64,000 nucleotides of DNA from Monocercomonoides exilis PA203 (lineage: Eukaryota > Protista > Preaxostyla): NCBI GenBank assembly GCA_001643675.2, contig LSRY02000023.1:806001-870000 (forward strand), read 5' to 3'. The notes beneath the pieces were generated by a model. That model saw nothing but the letters and a program-made list of their open reading frames with translations, ran no database searches and was not told the DNA's origin. Both the position numbers and the translations under genes were made by a program. Each line of letters begins with the position of its first letter. Within the stretch, counting starts at the first letter, position 1. Shown in pieces: positions 21,080-31,461 of this stretch.

Positions 21080-23581
21080 ACTGACGCGGATGGAGAGACT
21101 CAGAGCGGCTGGGTGCGTAAGAGAGAAACATATTTGGAGGAATATGACGAGAAAAAGGGCGAGATATTAAAGGATAGAGGAAAAGATCAACCGCCCGAAG
21201 ATATTAATGTGCACCTAGGATCTTTTTTGAGAAACATGGAAACAAATAAAAAGTTCAAGCATGATCCTACTCCTTTACAAGATTATTATTGTTTTTACAG
21301 AGAAGAATTGAATATTTAATATGCAGTGTGTGATGATTGGGGTTGCTCTGCTGATGCAGCAGAAGAGTGGGAGGCAGAGCATAATACACGCAGTTTTCTT
21401 TTCCACGCCTTGCGAAAGCGAGAGTGGTTTTTCTTTCTGCTCCGTTTTTAATTTTCGCCTCACCGGATCCCTGCACAGCCTGCAGGAGGGAGCTCCGAGG
21501 GGTATGCCCCCTGCCCTCTGGTCTTCGAGACCATGGCAAAAGGCGAAGTCGGCGGTGAAGTGATGCGGACAATTCAAAATACACTTATTTTTGTCTAAAT
21601 GTTTTTGTCTATATTTTCATCTCGCCCTTTTTCCCACGTCATTTTGGGAGGGCGAAGTTTTCACTTAAACCGCCCATAAATCGTGAACAATACTCATTAT
21701 TTCGGAGCAAATCCTGCTCACTGCGTTCTATCAAAAAAAAATTTTTTTTTTAAAAGATAATTAGAAGATATCATCAAATAAAGCATTGAAACTTCTTCAA
21801 AAGCCAATAAAGGAGGTGACACTGAAACCGCGGAAGAGGATCGAAAATTCAAATCTTCCAAAGTCGGATGTGAAGTTCAAACAATAGAGACAGCCAAGAA
21901 AGCTTTTTGAATGTCTTTTTGTAGCAAGTGTCTTTACGGAGCAAGATGGAATATATTTGGTGCAATTCTCGTTTTGTTGTTTTCGAAACATGGGCTGAAA
22001 CAGAAGCTGTAGATCTTCATCTTTCTAGCTTCTGAAGCTCCACCACGAAAGGTTGGGCTTCGCTTTCAAAAAAGTCCACAAAAAGCAGGTAAATCCTTTC
22101 GAAAAGTTGAGGCAGTTATCTCACTTCCATTGAGGAAGATAACTTCTTGTTTCATTGTTTGGCGTTGCTTTCTTTCCTTTTCATCTCGATAAATACCTCT
22201 TCTTCGGCACAGTTGCAATTTTATTTGTCAAAAATACACCGGAAACTGTTCTCATGACTTATGTTCCAAAGAAATGCTCCATTTGGTCTGATGTTCGATT
22301 CCAGTCGAATTCCATCTTATTTTTCTTCTTTTTTTATAAATCTATAAGTCGAATTTGTTTTCATCTCTTGTTCCGATTAAAAATCATAAAAATCATGTAT
22401 ATTGCGCAACTTCATTTATTTCCTAATTGCTATTCAATAATCAGCTCCATTCACATCGTGTTGCTATCCAAAGATGGGATTGGTCATTTTGACAATGATT
22501 CTGATTCTTGGGCTTTGGAAAGGATACAGATGGAAATATCTTCACAACAAGCAGAACAATAAAAATTACATACACTACGTCTTTTTCGCTATTAACAAAA
22601 TTGTTGTATTCCTTCTGGCCATCCAATTGTCAAAAATAATCTGACAATTCGCAATAGAGCGAATATCCGAACGCAAGGAGCAGGTTTGCTCCTCAATAAT
22701 GAGTATTGGTCACGAATTATGGGCGGTTTAAGATCTAACTTCGCCAATACTCAAATTCAAAGTTGATCCAAATTGTCCGCAATGAAAATGAAGCAACAAC
22801 CTGTTACAATAGAACACAGAGACGGCGATGGAAGTGAATTAGATCAAAATTTAACACTGGTCAAAGTGGAATATTTTAGTGTAAAATTTTCCAGGATTTA
22901 AGAATGAAATTTAGCATCCGGAATAGAAGAAAGTGCACAGCCGAAGATGTCGAACGGCAAGCTGCACATTGCGAAGAGATTGTATCAAGAACAGAAGCTA
23001 CAAAATTCTGTGAGATAATTATTGGAATTAGAGCCACATTGTGCAGCGAGACAATTGTCCAAACAGAAACTATAAAAAATCGAGAGATGTTTAAACAGAA
23101 TGAAGATATAATATTCTATAGGTTTTAAAAAAGAATACAACTACACATTATTTTGTTTATTTATTAGGAATAAGAACAACGTATTGAAGCAAGATATCGA
23201 TATATTAAGAAAGTACTTGATATCGCAAGAATTTTAAGAGATAGATCCACAAATTGCAGAGAGATTATTTTGGAGGAAGAATTTCCTATCTAATGAAATT
23301 TCGAAACAATATAATTAATATTCACAATATAGAAGAGATATATTCAAATAATGCTGTGGAATTCAAATTTATACAAAACCAACGAGAAACAAGAGAATAT
23401 TGATAGAATTTGTAAGGAAGAAGATCCGCGCATAGCCGCGAGATGTGAATTAATTCAGAAGTGATTATATAGCAATAATAATTTGATTTCAATTCGAATA
23501 TATATAATTAAAATGAGACAAAGCATTGTATCGAAATGCTTACAATGAACATAATCGTGTTTAATCGTTAGACTAAGATTG

Positions 23582-23760
23582 AAGAGAGAGAAGAGAGAGC
23601 CGCGCTATGCCGCGAGACAGAGAGAGAAGAGAGAGCCGCGCTTCGCCGCGAGACAGAGAGAGAAGAGAGAGCCGCGCTTCGCCGCGAGACAGAGAGAGAA
23701 GAGAGAGCCGCGCTTCGCCGCGAGACAGAGAGAGAAGAGAGAGCCGCGCTTTGCCGCGAG
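23582..23760 (+). repeat. 36-bp tandem repeat, ~5 copies, same unit as in element 1
   Basis: 12-aa periodicity AARQREKREPRF in the ORF track. Confidence 0.9.
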
Positions 23761-24340
23761 ATTAAGAGAGGAGAGAGAGACCGCGTTCAATGCCAAGACC
23801 ATGAGAGGAGAGATAGCAGAGAACCGCGCTTCGCAGCGAGATGATAATAGAGATAGAAATCTCTGAAAATCGATTGGCTTTGCAAAGGAAATATTGACAA
23901 GCTATGTCACGACACAATATTAAACTGAAAGAGAGAAATATCATAAATTAAGAATTGGAAATGTTACGTTTCATTATAAGAGAAATTATCACATAAGGGA
24001 AACCGCTAAATATTACTGGACTGAGAGAAAAGAGAAATTTGTGGATTGTCGCGAGATAATAGTGGAGCAACAAAAAACTGATGATCGAAAAAGTTAATAT
24101 GAAGAGAGAACCGAGTTTGCTGTGAGAAAAGGAGAGAAAGAAATTGAGAGAAATGGCGATTTGATAATACTATAAGAAACAGTACATAATTACGAGATAT
24201 GTGCAGACATTGTAACCGCGAAACTTTTTGAGAAGACTGAAGAAGTGAAATCCGCAAAGAATCGCGAGGAGAATATTGAGCATGAGATCACGGTAGGCCG
24301 CGAGAGGAGGATACATAAGGAAGCCGCATAGTGCAGCGTA

Positions 24341-24859
24341 ATGAAAATTGAAGAAGATTCTGCATTTCTCAGCCAAAATGCTGATAGACGCACTCAGCCG
24401 GACTTAGAAAAAACCGGACTATGCACTGAGAGTGATAAGGTCGCAGAGATATTTCAGACAATCGCACCGAGAATACTAGATACAATTTTAGAACAGATTG
24501 TGCCGGTGCCCTGCGGAAGTACTTGGAGACTATCCTCCGTGAGAAGGAAGAAAGAGAGAGGAACACCAGAAGACGACATAGTGCTAGTCCACCCGTTCCT
24601 GAGAAACATTGGACGGACCCTGAAAGAGAAGATGAAGGAAGCCCAGAGGGAACTAACGATTCTGATTCTGCCAGCCTGGCGGGGGCAGACCTGGACCGCG
24701 CTACTGCAGCCTGGGCATTCGATAAAGACCCTGGGGACCTTTCAGGAGTGCATGATACCGGGAGCGAAGATGAGAAGAGAAGGCCGGAAATTACCCCCAG
24801 GAGAGGTTATAAGCGTTGTACTGGAGAAGAGAATGTTCAAGGAAGAGACCTCTTCTTAA
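24341..24859 (+). pseudogene. Vestige of the DIRS RNase H end and DAM-like methyltransferase domain
   Basis: DALSR (24387-24401) then DYAL in an alternative frame. VHPFLRNIGRTLKEK...LILPAWRGQTWTALL resembles the DIRS MT C-terminal pattern PP...l.rvl.K...ilv.P.W..q.W. Confidence 0.65.
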
Positions 24860-25137
24860 CAGGGGGAGAACACGTTGGAGCAAAAGAGATAGCAGCAGCA
24901 ATACTTAGAAATCAAAAGAGCGAAAGAGATACGTGGAGAGCGCTGCGAAGATTCAAGCAGTTCCTAGATAGAGAGAGCATGGATGACACTGACCCCCTCA
25001 CAAACAAAGATGCAAAGTGGATTATGGCAGAATTTATTGAAACTTTATATAATACAAATGTTTCAAGGGGAGAGATTGATGGAGCTGAACGAAAAGAATG
25101 ATAGTCTATTAATTTTTTCAAAGAGACGAAGGTTGAA

Positions 25138-26211
25138 GTGAAAGACATAGAAATATTTCTAAAAACCTATGTGTGGGAGAAACAAAGAAGAGGCAAACGA
25201 TACAAATCGACGTGGGACTTGACAATCATCACGAAATGGGTTGAAGCCACTCACGATATGAAAGACCCACAGACCCTCCAAAGGAGGGCTATCATCCTGA
25301 CCATGATATTTGGTGCGTTAAGGCCAGCAGAGCTGGAGAGGATGAGAAGAGAGACAACGATACTTAAAGAGGATTTAGTCCAGATACAAGTACGAACGAA
25401 AACATCAGGGGGAGAGACTGCAAAGGTTATTATAAATAAGCATCCAAACCCACGTATCGATGCGGTTGTAGCGCTCCAACGCTGGATGGATTATACGAAG
25501 ACAACCTTTAGAGACGAACATGTGTGGTTCGATCTCAGGGGGAGGCAACCTGCAAACTTGCAGAGGATTAAAGAAGAATTAGTGGCTGTCCTGAGAGAGA
25601 ACGGAATACCCGACACATTTACCGCGTACTCGATAAGACACGCTGTGATAACACATTTGGCAAGACAACAAGCTGCAGATTGGAAAGCAATCAATGCGTA
25701 CGCGAGATGGGCGCCAGGCTCTAGAGAAGCCCAGGAGTATTACACCGTGTTACCAGTTCAGGACACGAGATGGATCCTGGAGACAATCGACGGCCCAGTA
25801 CCCCTGGCAGAGAAGGGAGGAAAGTCGGAGAAGGACAGCAAAAGAAAAGAAATTTCAAATAAGAATACAGAATCTGAAACAAAGGAGTATCCTGAAGAAA
25901 CATCACAATCTGGGGGAGAAGCGGAGACGAGCAAGAGAAAGAATTCGAAGAGACGAGGGTCGACTCGAGAGAAGAGTTCGCATCATGAGGACGATATAAC
26001 ACAACCCACCAGGGGTGATGAGACACCTTCCATAATTCCCCGCAGCATCATGGAGCTGGCGGAGGGCAGACAACCTGCCTTGCAGAAGAAACTCGAGACC
26101 GATCGGAGGAAACGCGGAGAGAGAAGCATAGGACAAATTGTCATGTCCGCTCAGGTACAGAAGACCCGATCGAGAACCCCCCGAAGACAGCGCAAGAAGG
26201 GGAGGGAGTAG
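25138..26211 (+). CDS. DIRS-type tyrosine recombinase catalytic domain with a basic low-complexity tail; the in-frame N-terminal part (~24860-25098) is cut off by TGA-TAG
   Basis: R (GALRPAEL), K (RTKTS), YSIR in place of HxxR, W (ARWAPGS), Y (EYY). The listed start codon is GTG, not ATG. Confidence 0.85.
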   Translation: MKDIEIFLKTYVWEKQRRGKRYKSTWDLTIITKWVEATHDMKDPQTLQRRAIILTMIFGALRPAELERMRRETTILKEDLVQIQVRTKTSGGETAKVIINKHPNPRIDAVVALQRWMDYTKTTFRDEHVWFDLRGRQPANLQRIKEELVAVLRENGIPDTFTAYSIRHAVITHLARQQAADWKAINAYARWAPGSREAQEYYTVLPVQDTRWILETIDGPVPLAEKGGKSEKDSKRKEISNKNTESETKEYPEETSQSGGEAETSKRKNSKRRGSTREKSSHHEDDITQPTRGDETPSIIPRSIMELAEGRQPALQKKLETDRRKRGERSIGQIVMSAQVQKTRSRTPRRQRKKGRE

Positions 26212-26321
26212 GGATAGAGGCCGCACCTTCATCCGCAGTCCCTCTGTTCATCCGCCGCACGACAAGGTGCTAGGCAGGAGGGTTTAAGATCAGAGGAGAG
26301 AAGAGAACGAGGGATTTCAAA

Positions 26322-26418
26322 ACTCATTATTGAGGAGCAAACCTGCTCCTTGCGTTCGGATATTCGCTCTATTGCGAATTGATAGAACGCAGTGAGACAG
26401 GATTTGCTCCGAAATAAT
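26322..26418 (+). other. ICR of element 2
   Basis: Exact reverse complement of both of its own termini, joined at TTG. Confidence 0.95.
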
Positions 26419-27345
26419 ACTAACGCTGATGGAGAGACTCAGAGCGGCTGGGTGCGAGATGAGAGAGAAACATATGGTGAAGAATAGGACGAGGAAAAAG
26501 TGGCGAGATAGCAGAGGAGATAGGAAAAGAGAATCCGTCCAGGGATATTAAGCACACCCAGAACCTGTATTTACAAACAGGAAGGCTAGTGAGACCGTTA
26601 AGAAGAACCTTACTCCTTTAATTCATTACAAGAAAGTGCAAAGAAAAGAGTCAGACTGGTCCATACAGCGTGCGGCGAGCGGATTTGCTCTGCTGGATCA
26701 GTTGAAGAGCGGGAGGCAGAGCAGAGTGCACGCAGTTTTCTTTTCCACGCCTCGTGAAAGCGAGAGTGGTTTTTCTTTCTGCTCCGTTTTTAATTTTCGC
26801 CTCACCGGATCCCTGCACAGCCTGCAGGAGAAAGCTCCGAGGGGCAATGTCCCCTGCCCTCTGGTCTTCGTGACCAAGGCAAAAAGGCGAAGTCGGTGGT
26901 GAAGTGAAGCGGACAATTCAAAATACACTTATTTTTGTCTAAATGTTTTTGTCTATATTTTCATCTCGCCCTTTTTCCCACGTCATTTTGGGAGGGCGAA
27001 GTTTTCACTAAAACCGCCCATAATTCGTGACAAATACTCATTATTTCGGAGCAAATCCTGTCTCACTGCGTTCTATCAAAATTTCGTCGTCGGGAATGTC
27101 TTTCCCAGCATCCACATCAAAACAGAAAATAATATTTCAAGTCATGCCGTTAATGTCGATTCACCGACTTCTCATTTCGTGAAGAAATATTTGAAAAATA
27201 CAAATAATACTCACAAAATAGCCATTATTATTTTTTGTTGATTCATTCCTTTCCGAAAATGTCAAAGCGAATGAGGAAGGGGTGAACGCACGTATTTTCA
27301 TTGCAATTCTTATTTTTATTTTTGACAATTTTCTCCTCTCCAAAC

Positions 27346-28834
27346 ATGTTCTCGTTCAACGTGAACGTCCAAATGGTGCAGTTTTCAGAATACAAAGCTC
27401 GTCAGAAAATGCAGGCGAAAGATGGCACTCAAAAATTAATGAGTTTGCATTCATTGCTGCATTCGAATTCTTGCTGATTGCATTTCTGTTTTTATGATTT
27501 TTATGATTATTTTTGTTCAGGGTTGTTTTCTGAAGTTGAACGGAGCAATGAGGAAGAGCAAAAAGCGAAAATTGAAGAAATGAATGGGGTGATGGAAGAG
27601 ATGAGCAACGAGGAATTCTATTCCGTCTTCTCAGAAGGCATGTTTCAACAACATCAACAAAGTGATGAAAAGAAAGAGAATAAACGTTGAGAATGCGTGT
27701 TTGCAGCTGCTGAAGCACATTGGGCATTTCAAAGTGCTGAAATGTGTGTTGATCCATGACTTTGCAGAATGCACTTTGAATGGAAGACTTGAAACGATGA
27801 TATCTGAAGAAGAAGAGAAGAAAGAAGAAAAAGACGAAAGGCTTCTTGTTGATGCTTGCGAAAGCTATCTTTTGCTGAACGACAGATTCAATACGTATTT
27901 GGTGTTGATTTGTGTGCCATGTCTTCTGAAGGCTGCATCGAACAAGGAGGAGAGCGAGGAGGCGCAAAAAGAGGTGGAAATGGCATTGTTGGCTTTGAGC
28001 AATATTCACGAAAGATTTGTTTGAGAACCGCCATTTTTATTTATTTATTTATTTTTATTTATTTTTATATTTTTCAAAGGAAATTCCAGAAGAATTGTTC
28101 TTCGACGAGATCAAAGAAATTGTGGAATACCATCATGAGCACCACAACCTCACTCATCTTGCGTATGTTTCAGCTTGGAAATTTGAGATGCGCAGATTGC
28201 GTTTCAATGAAAATTTGTACGACGCTGTTGCGAATGAACGGCATTTTGCGAAAGCGACAGGGAGAGAGCTGGAAGAGCTGGCAAAATGTGTGGATTGGCA
28301 GGCAAAAAGGAGAAAAAGGAAAGAGAAGAAGACTTTCTTTTGATGAGATGGCTTGAAGCGTTTGGGGATTTCTTTGGGAAATGCAAATTGTGGAATGAAG
28401 AGTATTGTGGGGTATTGGGGGGCATTGCTGAGATATTCCGAGTTGGAAGGGAGAAATACCGAGAAATTGGGGGACAATGCATTTGTGTATTTGGATGTGC
28501 AGCGAGGAACAGAAAATTTGAAGTTGATATGTTGATGAAAGGCGGAGCTTTTGATATCATTTTGGAGGAGATTCAGGGGCTGACGTTGGATGACTATTTT
28601 TTGGAGAGCTGTATGAAATGCCTTTTGGACATTTCGAGGCGGTTGAAATTGAAGGATGATGATGAAGCATTGGAAGTGAAAAGAAAGGCAACGAAAAGGA
28701 AGGTTTTTGAAAAGCTGGAAGAAGAAGGATACGAAGATATCATCGCATGCTTTCATAAAAGGTTGGATTATCTGAACAGAAAGTATTTCAAAGAATTATC
28801 GTTGAATGTTTAAGATTATTTTGTGAATTTTTGA
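27346..28834 (+). pseudogene. Member of a helical-repeat hypothetical multigene family (CVPCLLKAASNKEESEEAQKEVEMALLALS type), two introns, frameshifted
   Basis: Coding-like segments in shifting frames with GT..AG AT-rich introns, frameshifts near 27645 and 28300, and a premature TAA at 28811. Confidence 0.65.
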
Positions 28835-29309
28835 GGAAACACCTTGAATTTTGTGACTCATATTAATTCTTTTTCTTTTTCTTTTTCTTTTTTCGCATTT
28901 CACAAAATTGAAAACAATCCATCGTTTGATTTTTAATGAAATCTGATTAATATCAAACGAATCACTTTGAAAAATTAAATGTAAACAATATTACATACTC
29001 AAAAAGAGAAAAAAGTTGAAGCGTGTAAGATACAAAAGTTAAAACATTATAACAACTAAACACTCAGCTAGAAGGAATGTTCATTTTCTGTTCGCATAAA
29101 ATTAGTGATATTTGGAGCATTGAAACAATGGATAAAAAGTGATCATTTTTTTTACAAGAAAATATATAGAATTGGTAAAAAAAAAGGTAAATAACACTTT
29201 CAATTCCAACGAACAAAACATACAAAAAATCTTTAGAAATTTTGCATCGAGGTTAAAAAGATTCAAAATCGGATTTATGGAGATTTGAAGAATTTTCGTT
29301 GATCTTTGA

Positions 29310-30965
29310 TCAAACATCCAAAATCTCATCCTCTTTCCCTCCATACGCCTGCCGATTTTGTTTTATAAGAGGAGCCCTCTCTTCATTACTTGCGACTTCA
29401 CTCTCAATGTCTTCCAACGATTTTTGCTTTGTTTCAGGCACAGCCGCAACCACAAATGCCACCATGCCCAGACAGAAAACACACAGCACAGTAAACACCC
29501 ACCTCGAGCCAATAGCCTCCACAAGTGGCAAATAGCTGAACACAATAGCCACATTCGCCAGCCAGTTAAACACAGAAATGACAGACATCGCAGTGCCTCT
29601 GTACTGCTGCGGGTACAACTCGGATGTCAGAACATAAAAAACAGGCCCAGGGCCTATTTCAAATCCAAGAACAAACAAGGCAATTCCACAGGTGGCGATA
29701 GTGTATGGTGCAAATGAAGGTATAAATCCGTTTATCACGTAGGAAAGAACAATCACAAAAAGACCCACAGCCATAGAGCCAAATCCAGCTATCAGAAGAG
29801 GGACTCTGCCAAGAAAATCAACCTTTTAATACAAAGTCATAATCGAAGGCATTAATTAGAAAAAACATCACATTATTCTTTATTAAAACACAAACCAATA
29901 AAACAGAAATTAAAGTTGACAAAAAGTTCCATAATCCAACAAGAATTGTTGCTCCAAGCTTTTGTTGAGTTGATTCGAGGCCACTGTGCCCCAGCATGCT
30001 TGGAGAAAACATCATCACGCAATTTATACCAGTCAGTTGAGTGAAAGAAGCCAACACAAGTCCAACAATTACCGCTCTCTTCGAAGAAAATAGAGCTCTG
30101 CACACATGCGATATGTGGATCCCTTTCTTCAAATGTGGCGCTTCTGCTTTGTAAGCAGCTTGCTTTTCTTTCCATCTCCCGGATTCTGGCAAAATAAAAA
30201 TTATTATAACGAGTGCAAGAGGGAAAAATCCTGTTGATCCAAATTCATATCTTTTTGAACATAAAAAAAAAAAAAAATAAATAAATAAATAAAAAATAAA
30301 AAAAATAAAATAAAAAAATAAAAAATGCATATATTTTTTGTCTTTATAAATATATTTGAATACCTCCATCCAAAATTCACGTTGTTGCAAAAATAATTTA
30401 TACCATAAGCAATTATTGTTGAAAAAATCAGTGACACCTGATATAATGAAACAATTCTTCCTCGTCGCTTTGCTGGAGATTGCTCTGAAATATAAACTGG
30501 AGCTACAACACTTATCACTCCAATTCCAAGTCCTGATATTGCTCTGAATGTCAACAATGATGCGACATGAGATTGAACAGCTAGAATGATTGCACAAATA
30601 ATAATAAGAATAGCTGAAGCTGCAATCATCTTTTTGGGTCCAAGCTTATCTGATAAGAATCCTCCGAGCATGCACCTGAAGTTAAAGTTAAAATCAATAA
30701 AACACTAAATTTATGAAAGATAAAACCCAAATGTCGCTCCAATGTTAATTGATGCTGAAATAAAACCTTGCAATGCACTACTCATTGATTTGTAAGGCTC
30801 TTCTGAAATGATTAAAATAAGCATGCATTTTAAACTGAAAAATATATTTTTTTGTATAAGTTGGAAAATACCTTCAATAATTCCAGATGTTATTGTTTGC
30901 GCAAATCCATGAGTTGCCCCTCCAAAAATTGCAACAAGTATTGCAGCTATCTGATTTTCTGGCAT
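29310..30965 (-). CDS. MFS sugar-porter family transporter, 5 exons
   Basis: Motifs DKLGPK, PVYISEQSPAKRRG, LPES, QLTGINCVMMFS, DFLGRVPLL, GPGPVFYVLTSELYPQQYRG, VPETKQKSLEDI. Four GT-AG introns at ~30803-30870, ~30676-30726, ~30251-30363 and ~29823-29895. Confidence 0.92.
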
Positions 30966-31461
30966 TACTCACAATAATTATTAACAAAATAAAATGTTTA
31001 CAATTTAAAAAAATTAAATATAGATAATTGATCAATTCATTTGAATTGAAGAAAACAGAATTGCAGACTCAATGTCTTATTCGAAACACCTCATCCTTTT
31101 GACCCAAAAATGAATGAAGTCTGTTTTTGATTTATTCTTTAAAACAAATAAGATATCTTTTTGATATTCTTCATCGAAAAATAAAAAAACCAAAAAATAA
31201 CTTTCTCCAAAATAACTTTTAACATTATTTTCGAAAAATAAATTATGTTGTTTTGAATAGTTTTTTGACTTTCAACATAATGTTTTCAAATTTTATTATG
31301 GACAAATGTTTCATGAATATTATTCAAAATATAACTTTAATCAACGGATATTTTTAAAAATTTTTCGATACATTAATAAGATTTATTATTTTACATATCA
31401 TAGCTTTATATGACTGTTTGCATGCAATTATTAAAAGCCTCATTTGTTCTTTTTATAAAAG

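Larger units (their letters stand above)
16734..21734 (+). mobile_element. DIRS-like tyrosine-recombinase element, copy 1 (no RT, YR disrupted)
   Basis: Imperfect inverted termini, ICR at 20984-21079, CAA at both ends, absent from the paralogous site near 53960, YR pseudogene inside. Confidence 0.9.
22645..27079 (+). mobile_element. DIRS-like tyrosine-recombinase element, copy 2 (no RT; YR catalytic domain in an open frame)
   Basis: Same termini and ICR design as copy 1, CAA at 22645-47 and 27077-79, absent from the paralogous site near 53035. Confidence 0.92.
7758..28929. repeat. Left arm of a large inverted segmental duplication (partner ~51147-62100), interrupted by two DIRS-like insertions
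   Basis: Mirrored near-identical ORFs: 16451-16732 vs 53963-54244, 22155-22562 vs 53119-53526, 27662-28024 vs 52089-52451, 7758-15512 vs 55181-61573. Confidence 0.9.

Noticed and set aside
20880-21734. Hammerhead or canonical HDV ribozyme in the DIRS-like elements
   Set aside because: No conserved CUGANGA/GAAA core seen on either strand, and the P3/L3/P1.1 geometry does not fit HDV. Kept only as unknown structure.
22645-27079. Crypton DNA transposon or prophage integrase
   Set aside because: The ITR+ICR layout and RH/MT vestiges point to DIRS ancestry, and there are no phage genes.
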